Positions 47,955 to 57,264 of a stretch of 64,000 nt of DNA are shown one piece after another. The position numbers were made by a program, and so were the translations under genes. Each line of letters opens with the position of its first letter. Within the stretch, counting starts at the first letter, position 1. The DNA is from Planctomycetota bacterium (lineage in GTDB: Bacteria; Planctomycetota; JAJSAM01; JAJVHW01), in contig CBDFJG010000001.1 in NCBI GenBank assembly GCA_965248445.1, forward strand, positions 407,979 through 471,978, written 5' to 3'. The notes under the pieces were generated by a model that was not told the DNA's origin, did no database searches, and was given only the letters and a program-made list of their open reading frames with translations.

Positions 47955-50114
47955 CTCGCCGTAGAACTCCCCGAGCCAGAGCGAGATGCGGATCCGCCCG
48001 TCCGCGTCGAGCACGCTGTGGGCGCCGTCGAGGATCGCCTTGAACGTGTTGCGCCGCGGGTTGAGGACCAGCTTGCGGACCCTGTTGTTGCGCCCGTACT
48101 GGATGCGCGTCTCCTCGAGCACGTCGGCCAGTCCGCGCCAGAGTGCCGCCACGTCGCCGACCCGCAGTTCAGCGAGCGGCGGGATCGGCGGCAACCCGCG
48201 TCCCAGGTAGCGGCCCTTGATGACGGTCTTTCGTCCCGTTGCGCCCGCTCGCTTGCTCGTGACGGCGTCGATGCGCAGGCCCTCGCCGAGCGGCGGGGTG
48301 CGCCGGCCGCGGTAGACACCCTTCTTTGCGCGCACGTCCTCTGTCAGGAACGCGTCGCCGGCGAGCAGTTCCACACGCAGTTCGCTCCCGACGACCGGGA
48401 GGTCTGTACGGACGAGCTTCGCGGTCACGCGCGCCTTCGAGGTGCCGCGCACGGAACCGTCCACTCTCGCGGTCAGGGTGCCGTTCGCGGTCGCCACTTC
48501 GCCGCCCGCGGCGAGCGCCGCGCCGACGTCCAGCCGCACGACCTCCGCCAGCCCGTCCAGGTCGCGCAGCACGATCTCCATCGGTCCAGTCGTGTCGAGC
48601 CCGCCGCCGGTCTCGGCGTCGAGGGAGACCGCGACCGAGTCCCGTCCGACCTTCTTGCGGTCCTTGACCTTGAGCTTGGTGACGAAGAGCTGCACGCTGC
48701 GTGCGAAGACCGGACCCTCGTAACGCGGACGGATGTGGAGTCGCGCCGACACGAGGTTGCCCGCCTGGCCGGACGTGTCCGCGATCACGAGCGTCCACGT
48801 ACCGAGCCACGGCTCGCCGATGAAGCTGTCGAGCGACTCGTGGGGCCGCAGAGATGCGTCGAAGGTCCCGGCGAGATCAGCGCCGCTTGCGTCCGCCTCC
48901 CACACCTTGACCTCGGTGCCGCTCGGCGAACGCAGTGTGACGCCGACCTGGCCGCGCTCGGGGTGCGCGAAGTCGATGTCCAGATCGACGTCGCCCACCA
49001 GGGTTCGCAACGGGTGGACATCCGATACAGCGAACGGGAACTCCGTCGATCCGAGCGCGGGAACCGCGCCCGGCACCGCGTCGAACGCCGCCGCAGCCGG
49101 CGGCGCGACCCGGTCCTGCAGGCGGAAGTCTGCCTTGATGTTCCCGGCGCGTCCGAACTGGAGAGTGCTGCCCGTCGTGGACTGCGCCGTGAAGAGTTCG
49201 GACACGGTGCCCGCGACGCCGGTGGCGCGAATTGTCACTGCGCCGGCAAACCCGTCCACCGGCACGGCGTAACCGCCGCTCGATGAAGAGATCGCATAGC
49301 TGCTCGAACGGTTGACGTCGATGCGCACGCCCGGCAGTCCCTCGCCCGGATCCCACATCTGGTCGAAGTCCTTGTCCTCGTACACAACACCTGTCACGTA
49401 GCGCAGGTTGGCGCCTGCGCGCGTGCCGAGGACCAGGGTCGCGACCAGCGGGCCGACTCCGCCGGGCGGCGGGTTGTCACGCCGCACAAAGCCCGGCCCG
49501 ACCTCCACGAAGTCGAGGAACGCCTGGTTCTGGTGGTTGATGATCGCCGCGCGATTCCACAGCCCCGGACGCCCGGTCGTCGGGTCGAGCACCTGGCCCC
49601 AGTCCACGGCCCAGGACGCGTACGCCGTCAGCACGTCGGCGGCGTAACCGTTCACGAGCTGTCCGGACCAGAACGCGGGGTACCCGTTCTGCCCCATGCG
49701 CGTCAGCAGGCCCGGCTGCCCCGGCAGCGTCTGCGCCTGGCGGTCGGCGGAGCGCATCGCGATGGACCACTGGTTCCCGACGAGTGCGAGGTTCTGGTTG
49801 AAGACGAGCGGCGGCTCCTGCGAGTACGTCCTCCAAGCCGCCTGGGACTCCGCGCGGGTCCAGTGCAGGGGATCGGCGGCCAGCGCGCCGTCGTACTCGA
49901 ACTTGACGCTCGCGGAGTTGTAGTCCGCGGCGATGCGGTCCCCCTCGCCCGACGGATCCGAGCGGGCCCGGTTGATGAGTTCCACCATGTGCTGCTGGTC
50001 GTCGGTCGGATCGCCGTGCTCGTAGAGCAGCGTCCCGGGCACCTCTTGCGCCGCCGCGGTAGCTGCGAACGCGACGCCCGCCAGAATCGCCCCAACTCGC
50101 GTGAAGTGCCTCAC
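47910..50114 (-). CDS. secreted CAP/SCP (PR-1-like) domain protein with proprotein-convertase P-domain
   Basis: Signal peptide. CAP motif region (HMVELINRARSDP). P-domain-like segment (GVTLRSPSGTEVKVWE...GTWTLVIADTSGQAGNLVSARLHI). Confidence 0.55.
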   Translation of the reverse strand: MRHFTRVGAILAGVAFAATAAAQEVPGTLLYEHGDPTDDQQHMVELINRARSDPSGEGDRIAADYNSASVKFEYDGALAADPLHWTRAESQAAWRTYSQEPPLVFNQNLALVGNQWSIAMRSADRQAQTLPGQPGLLTRMGQNGYPAFWSGQLVNGYAADVLTAYASWAVDWGQVLDPTTGRPGLWNRAAIINHQNQAFLDFVEVGPGFVRRDNPPPGGVGPLVATLVLGTRAGANLRYVTGVVYEDKDFDQMWDPGEGLPGVRIDVNRSSSYAISSSSGGYAVPVDGFAGAVTIRATGVAGTVSELFTAQSTTGSTLQFGRAGNIKADFRLQDRVAPPAAAAFDAVPGAVPALGSTEFPFAVSDVHPLRTLVGDVDLDIDFAHPERGQVGVTLRSPSGTEVKVWEADASGADLAGTFDASLRPHESLDSFIGEPWLGTWTLVIADTSGQAGNLVSARLHIRPRYEGPVFARSVQLFVTKLKVKDRKKVGRDSVAVSLDAETGGGLDTTGPMEIVLRDLDGLAEVVRLDVGAALAAGGEVATANGTLTARVDGSVRGTSKARVTAKLVRTDLPVVGSELRVELLAGDAFLTEDVRAKKGVYRGRRTPPLGEGLRIDAVTSKRAGATGRKTVIKGRYLGRGLPPIPPLAELRVGDVAALWRGLADVLEETRIQYGRNNRVRKLVLNPRRNTFKAILDGAHSVLDADGRIRISLWLGEFYGEAEVTPALVPDRIVY

Positions 50115-50218
50115 GACCGGAGTCTAGCGGAGCCTGCCCGCGCGGGAACCCGGCCGCGCCCCGACGCCCGGAGGCTCACCATCGTCGACCCGGTCCGGCT
50201 TGCTCTACGATCGCGGCG

Positions 50219-50941
50219 ATGACGAAGCCCTACATCGGCCCCGACGTGCGACTGGGCGAGAACGTGAAGGTCCACCCGTTCGCCTACATCGAGGGGCACA
50301 CGACGATCGGGGACGGCTGCGAGATCTTCCCCCACACGGCGATCGGCACACCGCCGCACGACGTGTCCTACAAGGGCGCCCCGACGCGTCTCGAGATCGG
50401 CGCGGAGTGCGTGATCCGCGAGGGCGTCACGATCCACCGCGGCAGCGAGAAGGAGGACGGCGTGACCCGCGTCGGGTCCCGCTGCTACCTCATGGCCGGC
50501 TCCCACGTCGGCCACGACTGCCGTGTGGGCGACGACGTGATCGTGACGAACGCGTCGACGCTCGGCGGTCACGCGGTCGTGGAGGAGAAGGTCCTGATCT
50601 CGGCCCTCGCAGCCGTCCATCAGTTCACCCGCGTAGGAACGATGGCGATGGTCGCGGGCGGCGCCATGGTGGTTCAGGACGTTCCGCCGTACTGCTTGGC
50701 ACACGGCGACCGCGCGCGTCTGGTCGGCCTGAACGAAGTCGGACTCGACCGCCGGGGAGTCCCCACCGACTCGGTCCACGCCCTTCGACGGACGTACCGC
50801 CTCGTGTTCCGCTCCGGCCACCCGCGCGACGAGGCCGTCGACCTCGCCCGCGCCGAATGGGGTGAGGTGCCCGAGGTCGAGCGCATGCTCTCCTTCATCG
50901 AGTCCTCGAGGCGCGGCGTGGCGCGACACGGCCGGAAGTAG
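50219..50941 (+). CDS. lpxA: acyl-ACP--UDP-N-acetylglucosamine O-acyltransferase
   Basis: Hexapeptide-repeat left-handed beta-helix. Aligns closely with E. coli LpxA along its length, including the C-terminal helical domain. Confidence 0.75.
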   Translation: MTKPYIGPDVRLGENVKVHPFAYIEGHTTIGDGCEIFPHTAIGTPPHDVSYKGAPTRLEIGAECVIREGVTIHRGSEKEDGVTRVGSRCYLMAGSHVGHDCRVGDDVIVTNASTLGGHAVVEEKVLISALAAVHQFTRVGTMAMVAGGAMVVQDVPPYCLAHGDRARLVGLNEVGLDRRGVPTDSVHALRRTYRLVFRSGHPRDEAVDLARAEWGEVPEVERMLSFIESSRRGVARHGRK

Positions 50942-51042
50942 CGCCGACGTTCGCGAGAGTGGCTCCGGGGGCGCCGGAACGGGCTTGCGCAGCACCGTGG
51001 GTTGCGGGCAATCTGGGCGGCACACCGCTCGGGGAGGGGAAC

Positions 51043-52185
51043 ATGAGACGCCACGGATTCGGACAGCCGGTCATCTTCGCGGGAACGCTGATCGCAGCAC
51101 TCGCATCAAGCGCAGCCGCAGGGACGATCGTCGTCACGCCGGATGGTGACAAGACGATCCAGCAGGCGGTCGACGAGGCGCTGCCAAACGACGTCATCGA
51201 ACTGCGCGGCGGCACGTTCTTCGAGTCCGTGATGCTCTCTTCGAGATCGAACATCTCCATCGTCGGCAAGCGCGGAGCCAAGATCGATGCCGGGCAGATC
51301 GGAGACGGCATTCACCTCGACCACCAGTGCAGCGACATCACGATCTCGAAGGTCCACATCGTCGGCGCCTCGATGACCGGCTTCCGCGTGATCGACTCCC
51401 AGGACGTGCTCATCGAGAAGTGCAACATCAGCGCGATCGGCACGTTCGCAGTCCTCGTTCGCGGGAGCTCACGCGTCACGCTGTCTCGAGCGAAGATCTC
51501 GGGCGTCGGGTCCGACGCCGTCAACTTCGGCGGCCAGGAAGAGCAGGAGGCTCTCGCCCCCGCGCCCTGCCAAGACTGCACGATCGAACGCTGCAAGATC
51601 AGTCAGGTGGGCCGCGACGGGGTCGAGTACGCCGGCACGGGCAACCTCGTCTCGCGATGCAAGATCAAGGAACTGGGCGGCCGCGGCATCACCCACGACG
51701 GCTCCGACACGGGAACCGGCAACATCGTGGACAGGAACAAGATCAGCGACCTCGGCGTCGGTATCCGCCTTGCCGGCAGTTCCGACACGGCATCGAACAA
51801 CAGGATCTCGAAGACCGGAGCGGACGCGATCCGCGGCGAGGGCACCGGCGGCCACACGATCGAGGGCAACAAGATCAAGTCACTCGTTGGCTCGGCGGAC
51901 GGGATCGAGGTCGAGACGGGCTCGGACGGTTGCCTCGTCAAGGACAACAAGATCACCAAGCCCGGGGGTGACGGCATCGAGTGCGACGCCGACGGCGCCA
52001 CGATCGACGGCAACAAGATCCGGAAGGCCGGCAACCAGGGCGTCCGCATCCAGGGCACGGGCTGCACCATCCAGAACAACAACGTCAAGAAGAGCGGCGA
52101 CGTCGACCTGCGAGACACGACCGGCGGCGGATCGAACGTCTACGGGAAGAACAAGTTCGGGACCGAGAACCTCGATCCCGAATAG
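51043..52185 (+). CDS. secreted right-handed parallel beta-helix repeat protein (NosD/pectate-lyase-like)
   Basis: GGGGAGGGG RBS. Signal peptide. Repeated ~22-aa G-x-x-I/V-x-G-N units. Confidence 0.6.
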   Translation: MRRHGFGQPVIFAGTLIAALASSAAAGTIVVTPDGDKTIQQAVDEALPNDVIELRGGTFFESVMLSSRSNISIVGKRGAKIDAGQIGDGIHLDHQCSDITISKVHIVGASMTGFRVIDSQDVLIEKCNISAIGTFAVLVRGSSRVTLSRAKISGVGSDAVNFGGQEEQEALAPAPCQDCTIERCKISQVGRDGVEYAGTGNLVSRCKIKELGGRGITHDGSDTGTGNIVDRNKISDLGVGIRLAGSSDTASNNRISKTGADAIRGEGTGGHTIEGNKIKSLVGSADGIEVETGSDGCLVKDNKITKPGGDGIECDADGATIDGNKIRKAGNQGVRIQGTGCTIQNNNVKKSGDVDLRDTTGGGSNVYGKNKFGTENLDPE

Positions 52186-52196
52186 CCCGCTCGAGG

Positions 52197-53279
52197 TCAG
52201 TACCGCCTGAGCTTGACGTCGACGACGCTCTCGCGGTCCGCACCCAGCTCGACAGCCGGGACGCGGGCGGCCCAGTACTCGGTCCCGGTGCCCACGCGGG
52301 CGTCGATCTCATAGTAACCGGGGTCAGCGAGGAAGAGACCGACTTCACGTCGGTTGTGGCGCAGTTCGTGGAAACTGGCGTCGAGTGCAGCCCCGGGTCG
52401 GCGCAGTTCACAGGCGATCCACGGTGCATTGATCGTGATCGGAGCGCCGGTCGTCTCGTCGAGCAGGCGGAGAGTGACGGCGAACATGGGCCGGGCGACG
52501 AGCCGCACGTCTCGCGCGTGGGCACTCACCGCGGTCAGGCGCGCGCCCAGCGGCGCGGTCTTCGATCCGCTTGCCGGATCGACGCGCGCGTATACCTCGT
52601 AGCGGTACGGACCGACCGCGTTGAACGTGAATCTGCCGTCCTCGTCCGTGACCATGGACCCGAGCGTCCGGCAGTCGAGGTCGCTCGACAGCAGCGTAAC
52701 GCGCGCGCCGGCGACCGGCTCACCCGATTCGTCCACGACGACGCCGGCGATGGTCCCGGCCGGCGCGAGGCGGATGTCGCCGAGATCGGCAACGTCCGAG
52801 TCGTCCTGCGGATAGTCGAGGCGGACGCGAGCGCCGTCGGGTTGCAGAGCGATCAGGAATCCGCGCCGGCCGCGCGGCTGGCGCAGAACGAGTCGTCCGT
52901 CGGCGTCGCTCGTGGCACCGTGCATCCGCACGCCCGCCGCGGGCAGCCCCGCCATCAGGAAGCGCGCGCGCACGGTCTTGATCTCGGCGGCGCTCTCCCG
53001 CTCCGGGGAGTTCACAACGGAACTGCGCCCGGCGGCGGCCGAAGAGCCGGACGTCCCTCCCGCCGTCGTCGGCTCCCCCGCGCTCGGGACCGGCGCCTCC
53101 GCAGCGGCGGCGCGGACGTGGACCCGACTGCGTCGCCGCGGCGGCTCTTGCGGCGGCGTGACGTCGGACGGCGCCACAGCATGCCGAGCGGGACCATCGA
53201 CGCTGCTGACCCACAGAACGCCGACGACGCCAGCAAGCACAAGAAACACCACTGCGGCACGGACGCCCCGGGACTTCAT
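52197..53279 (-). CDS. membrane-anchored protein with carboxypeptidase-regulatory-like beta-sandwich domains
   Basis: N-terminal TM helix. Two CarboxypepD_reg-like segments (GVVVDESGEPVAGARVTL, DEDGRF). Confidence 0.45.
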   Translation of the reverse strand: MKSRGVRAAVVFLVLAGVVGVLWVSSVDGPARHAVAPSDVTPPQEPPRRRSRVHVRAAAAEAPVPSAGEPTTAGGTSGSSAAAGRSSVVNSPERESAAEIKTVRARFLMAGLPAAGVRMHGATSDADGRLVLRQPRGRRGFLIALQPDGARVRLDYPQDDSDVADLGDIRLAPAGTIAGVVVDESGEPVAGARVTLLSSDLDCRTLGSMVTDEDGRFTFNAVGPYRYEVYARVDPASGSKTAPLGARLTAVSAHARDVRLVARPMFAVTLRLLDETTGAPITINAPWIACELRRPGAALDASFHELRHNRREVGLFLADPGYYEIDARVGTGTEYWAARVPAVELGADRESVVDVKLRRY

Positions 53280-53382
53280 GGCGCCACGATCCTAGCCGCG
53301 CAGGGCTTCGTGCGCGCTCGTCCACGCTCCGGCTACGGGAACGCGGCCGGGGGCAGGCCGGGCGCGGTACCATCCGCCCCGC

Positions 53383-54354
53383 ATGATCAAGCGCATCCTC
53401 GTGACCGGCGGCGCCGGCTTCCTCGGCTCCCACCTCTGCGAGCGGCTCGTCGAGGCCGGGCAAGACGTCATCTGCCTCGACAACCTGTTCACGAGCCAGA
53501 AGGCCAACATCGAGCACCTGCTCGGGCGGGCGAACTTCGACTTCATTCGCCATGACGTGACGCACCCGATCTGGCTCGAGGTCGACGAGGTCTACAACCT
53601 CGCGTGCCCGGCGGCGCCCGGCCACTACCAGTACAACCCGATCAAGACGATGAAGACGTCGGTGATCGGCGCGATCAACGTCCTCGGGATGGCCAAGCGG
53701 GTCGGCGCGAAAGTGCTGCACGCGTCCACGAGCGAGGTCTACGGCGACCCCGCAGTGCACCCGCAGCCGGAGAGTTACCACGGCAACGTCAACCCGATCG
53801 GGCCGCGCGCGTGCTACGACGAGGGAAAGCGCGCCGCCGAGACGCTGATGTTCGACTACCACCGCTCGAACGGGGTCAACATCCGCGTCGTACGGATCTT
53901 CAACACCTATGGACCGCGCATGCATCCGTACGACGGCCGCGTCGTCAGCAACTTCATCCGGCAGGCGCTCGCCGGCGAGGACATCACGCTGTACGGCGAC
54001 GGCTCGCAGACGCGCGCTTTCTGCTACCGCGACGACCTGATCGACGGGATCCTGGCGATGATGTCCGCGCCGGACGACTTCACCGGCCCCGTGAACCTCG
54101 GCAACCCCGAGGAGTTCACCATCCGTCAGCTGGCGGAACTGGTCGTCGAACTGACCGGATCGGGGTCCGAGATCGTGCTCGCCCGGGCCCTGCCCGACGA
54201 CGATCCGCAGAGGCGGCGACCGGAGATATCGCTCGCGCGCGAGCGCCTGGGCTGGGAGCCGACGGTCGAGCTCCGCGAGGGTCTGGGCCGGACCATCGAC
54301 TGGTTCCGATCGGTGGACCTCTCGGCCTTCCGCGCCCCGACCCCGAACTACTGA
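53383..54354 (+). CDS. UDP-glucuronate decarboxylase (UDP-xylose synthase)-like NAD-dependent epimerase/dehydratase
   Basis: GAGFLGSHL Rossmann motif, YxxxK, and high similarity to the UXS family. Confidence 0.75.
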   Translation: MIKRILVTGGAGFLGSHLCERLVEAGQDVICLDNLFTSQKANIEHLLGRANFDFIRHDVTHPIWLEVDEVYNLACPAAPGHYQYNPIKTMKTSVIGAINVLGMAKRVGAKVLHASTSEVYGDPAVHPQPESYHGNVNPIGPRACYDEGKRAAETLMFDYHRSNGVNIRVVRIFNTYGPRMHPYDGRVVSNFIRQALAGEDITLYGDGSQTRAFCYRDDLIDGILAMMSAPDDFTGPVNLGNPEEFTIRQLAELVVELTGSGSEIVLARALPDDDPQRRRPEISLARERLGWEPTVELREGLGRTIDWFRSVDLSAFRAPTPNY

Positions 54355-54512
54355 CCGGATCGAGCGTGAGCGAGCCTGGCAGGGCGAGCCCCGCAGTCTC
54401 GCGCTCAACTCCAGGCACCCAGATGGCCGATTTTCGAACTGGGTCCGCCCCCGGCCGACCCCGGGCTCCTTCCCGCACGGGGTGATGCCGGGCGATCCGT
54501 GAGGAGATCGAC

Positions 54513-56015
54513 ATGTCGAAGTGCTTGGAGTGCGGTGCCGCCGTCGCCGCGGAAGACGGCTTCTGCGTGGTCTGTGAGTTCGTCCCCGGCGACGACGACG
54601 ACCAGTTCTTGGAAGGCAACGCACCTCCTGCCACAGCGCAGGAGACCGCGTCGCTTCTCGTCCCGATCGCGGGGGCGCCCGGCAAGGCGCCCGCGGATCA
54701 GCTGGACGCCATGGCGCCCGGCAATGACGTGTCCGTGCTCCCGCCGACCGCCGCGGCGGACGAGCGGTGCGAGGTCGACATCGCCGTGACTTCCACCTTC
54801 GATCACTGGACGGCCCCCGCCGACGCGTCCCCGACCGTGCACGCACTGCTCGAGCTGGACCCCTCCGGACCGGCGCTCCGTGCCAGCGACGGCGAGGTCC
54901 TCTCGCACGTGATCCTGGCGCTGGACGTGTCCGCCAGCATGAACCACCCGGACAAGTACCCCGTCCTCACGAACGCCCTGGAGCGCATGCTGACCGAACT
55001 CCGATACGCGCCGGGCGGCGAGGTGCTGATCAGCATCGTCCTGTTCGCGTACGGCTCGGAGGTCATGATCCGCGACGCGCGGGCGTCCGAGCTGGATCCT
55101 CGCGAGGTGGTGCGGATGATCGACGCGTCGCAGCTCCGCTTCACGCGCTACACCGACTTCGCCGGCGCCATGTCGCGCGCCGGACGCATCGCGTTCGACG
55201 CGCACAGCACGGACCGTCGGCTTCCGATCCGGATCTATGCGCTGACGGACGGAAGGCCCCAGGACATCGCCCGCGCGTCGACCGTTATGCAACGCGTGGA
55301 GCGCCTGCCCGTGGACGTGCACGGCCTGGCGTTCGGCGCCGACGCCGACGTGGTCGCGCTGAAGTCGCTCATCGCGGGCAAGCGGGGCGGAACCGTGAAG
55401 CACGTGCGGCCCGACAACCTCGAGAGTGCGTTCTCGCGGATCGCCGCCGTGGCGACGGACGTCGTCGCGAAGCGCTGCCTGGTGGACGTGCAGCTCGCAC
55501 CTGGTGTGGCCGGCGGCTCCGTCTACCGCTTCCGCCCCGGACGTTATGCGTACGGCGACGACGCGTACGGGCTGGACCGCGACTTCCGCACCGATCTGGG
55601 CATCCTGGAAGCGGGCCGCAAGTACTCGCTGCTACTGGAGTTCGTCCTCCCCCCCACCGTGCAGAAGCAATTCAGCGTCGGCACGGTCACGATGCGCATA
55701 CCCGGCGAGGGCGGCCCGCGCTCGTTCGAACACCTCATGGTGGTCCTGCGACATCCCGGTTCCTCACTCGCGACCGCGGATCCGATGGTCACCGAAGCGG
55801 TCGACATCGTCACCGCGGACAGAACGGGAGATCCCGCCGCCACGCTGCGCGCACTGCGCGCCCGCAAGCGCCTCTACGAGGAGGAGCGTCGGGACCCGGC
55901 CCTGGTGGAACTCGTCACACGTGCCATTGCCGAGCTCGAGGAGCAGGGCAGTCTGGACGCGATGTCGAAGGCAGATCGAGCCGCGCTGGTCGCGCACACG
56001 CACTCCGCTCGTTGA
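54513..56015 (+). CDS. zinc-ribbon + von Willebrand factor A domain protein
   Basis: N-terminal CLECG...CVVC ribbon. VWA domain with MIDAS (ILALDVSASM). GAGGAG RBS. Confidence 0.65.
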   Translation: MSKCLECGAAVAAEDGFCVVCEFVPGDDDDQFLEGNAPPATAQETASLLVPIAGAPGKAPADQLDAMAPGNDVSVLPPTAAADERCEVDIAVTSTFDHWTAPADASPTVHALLELDPSGPALRASDGEVLSHVILALDVSASMNHPDKYPVLTNALERMLTELRYAPGGEVLISIVLFAYGSEVMIRDARASELDPREVVRMIDASQLRFTRYTDFAGAMSRAGRIAFDAHSTDRRLPIRIYALTDGRPQDIARASTVMQRVERLPVDVHGLAFGADADVVALKSLIAGKRGGTVKHVRPDNLESAFSRIAAVATDVVAKRCLVDVQLAPGVAGGSVYRFRPGRYAYGDDAYGLDRDFRTDLGILEAGRKYSLLLEFVLPPTVQKQFSVGTVTMRIPGEGGPRSFEHLMVVLRHPGSSLATADPMVTEAVDIVTADRTGDPAATLRALRARKRLYEEERRDPALVELVTRAIAELEEQGSLDAMSKADRAALVAHTHSAR

Positions 56016-56040
56016 GCGGCGGTCACACCGGGGCATCGGC

Positions 56041-57264
56041 ATGACGACACGGGCAACACGCCTCGAGTCAAGTCCGCGCGAGCGTCGCGTCATCCGCCGG
56101 ATGGAGGCGCGCGGCGAGAGCGGGCTGGAAGATGCTCTGCTCACGTTGCGCGGCACCGTCGCGTCTGCGCGCTACCTGCTGACACGTCTCTACGCCGTCG
56201 GCGGCGAGGGTGCGGTGTACGAGTGCAAGGACATCCTCAATCCGCGCGGCCGGCGACTCGTCGCCAAGCTGCCGTTGCACTCCTACCACCGCCCGGCCCG
56301 ACTACAGGGCGACCGCATCCGGGAGATGCGCCGCGCACTCCAGATCGAAGCGAGCCACCTGCTCGGGAACTGCACGCAATTCATGGCGGAGGGAATCGGC
56401 CTGTTCGAGTTCCAGAATCTTCTGCTCGATCCGTGCCGCGGCGGCGCGTTCGCCGAACGCGAGCCGCTCCTGGTCATGGAGAAGCTACCGGGACACGATC
56501 TGGACCGCTGGCTCGCGCGGGCGCACCGGTCGGGCAAGCCGCCCGAGCTCATGCGGCGTACGCTGGACCGCGTCGTGGTCGTGCTCCTGCAAGCGCTCAC
56601 GGACCTGCGCAGCCGAGGCCTGATCTACGCGGACCTTCGGCCCGGCAACATCCGCATGATCGGCCGGCCGAGCCGGCGCATCCGGTTGATCGACGCCGGG
56701 AGCCTGGTCAGTGTGGACGACGACAGCGGCCGCTTCCCGCACGTCCCGGCATACCTCCCTTGCGACCTTTTCGCCGATCGCCTCTCCGGCAAACCGATCC
56801 GCGCCACCGACGAGGTGCAGGCGATCATGGCCGGACGGACCCTGTTCGAAGTCGCGACCGGGCGCGTGCCACGGCCGGGCAGCGAACCCGACCTCTGGTG
56901 GCTCGACAGGAGCGACGTGTCACCTCCCGTCGCGGGTGTGATCACGGGTCTCCTGGACGGGCAGTTCCCGAGCGCGAAGTCAGCCCTCGCGTGGCTGGCC
57001 CGCCGGGCACGTCGCCGCGTGCCGGGAGGAAACGCGGTGAACCGTCCTACACAGCCGGCGGCCGTTGCGGTCGCGCCGAAGGCCGCCCCGCCGCGGAACT
57101 CCCAGGAAGGTCAAGGACTGGCGTGGACGTCTACAGCGCCGTCCGTGTCGGCGCAGCGCACGCAGCCGGCGGCGGAGAAGCGTTCTCAGAACGCGCGTGC
57201 GGCGCAGCGCAAGCGATCCGGCCTCCGGGGCGTCGTGCGCCGGTTGCTGCGCCGCCGCGACTAG
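56041..57264 (+). CDS. Ser/Thr protein-kinase-like protein with basic C-terminal tail
   Basis: Gly-rich loop GGEGAVYEC, VAK lysine, catalytic-loop-like YADLRPGNI, and DAG in place of DFG. Confidence 0.55.
   Translation: MTTRATRLESSPRERRVIRRMEARGESGLEDALLTLRGTVASARYLLTRLYAVGGEGAVYECKDILNPRGRRLVAKLPLHSYHRPARLQGDRIREMRRALQIEASHLLGNCTQFMAEGIGLFEFQNLLLDPCRGGAFAEREPLLVMEKLPGHDLDRWLARAHRSGKPPELMRRTLDRVVVVLLQALTDLRSRGLIYADLRPGNIRMIGRPSRRIRLIDAGSLVSVDDDSGRFPHVPAYLPCDLFADRLSGKPIRATDEVQAIMAGRTLFEVATGRVPRPGSEPDLWWLDRSDVSPPVAGVITGLLDGQFPSAKSALAWLARRARRRVPGGNAVNRPTQPAAVAVAPKAAPPRNSQEGQGLAWTSTAPSVSAQRTQPAAEKRSQNARAAQRKRSGLRGVVRRLLRRRD

Noticed and set aside
52720-54846. 708-aa minus-strand ORF across the UXS-like and VWA genes
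   Set aside because: Arg-rich antisense shadow. The plus-strand genes have strong homology.
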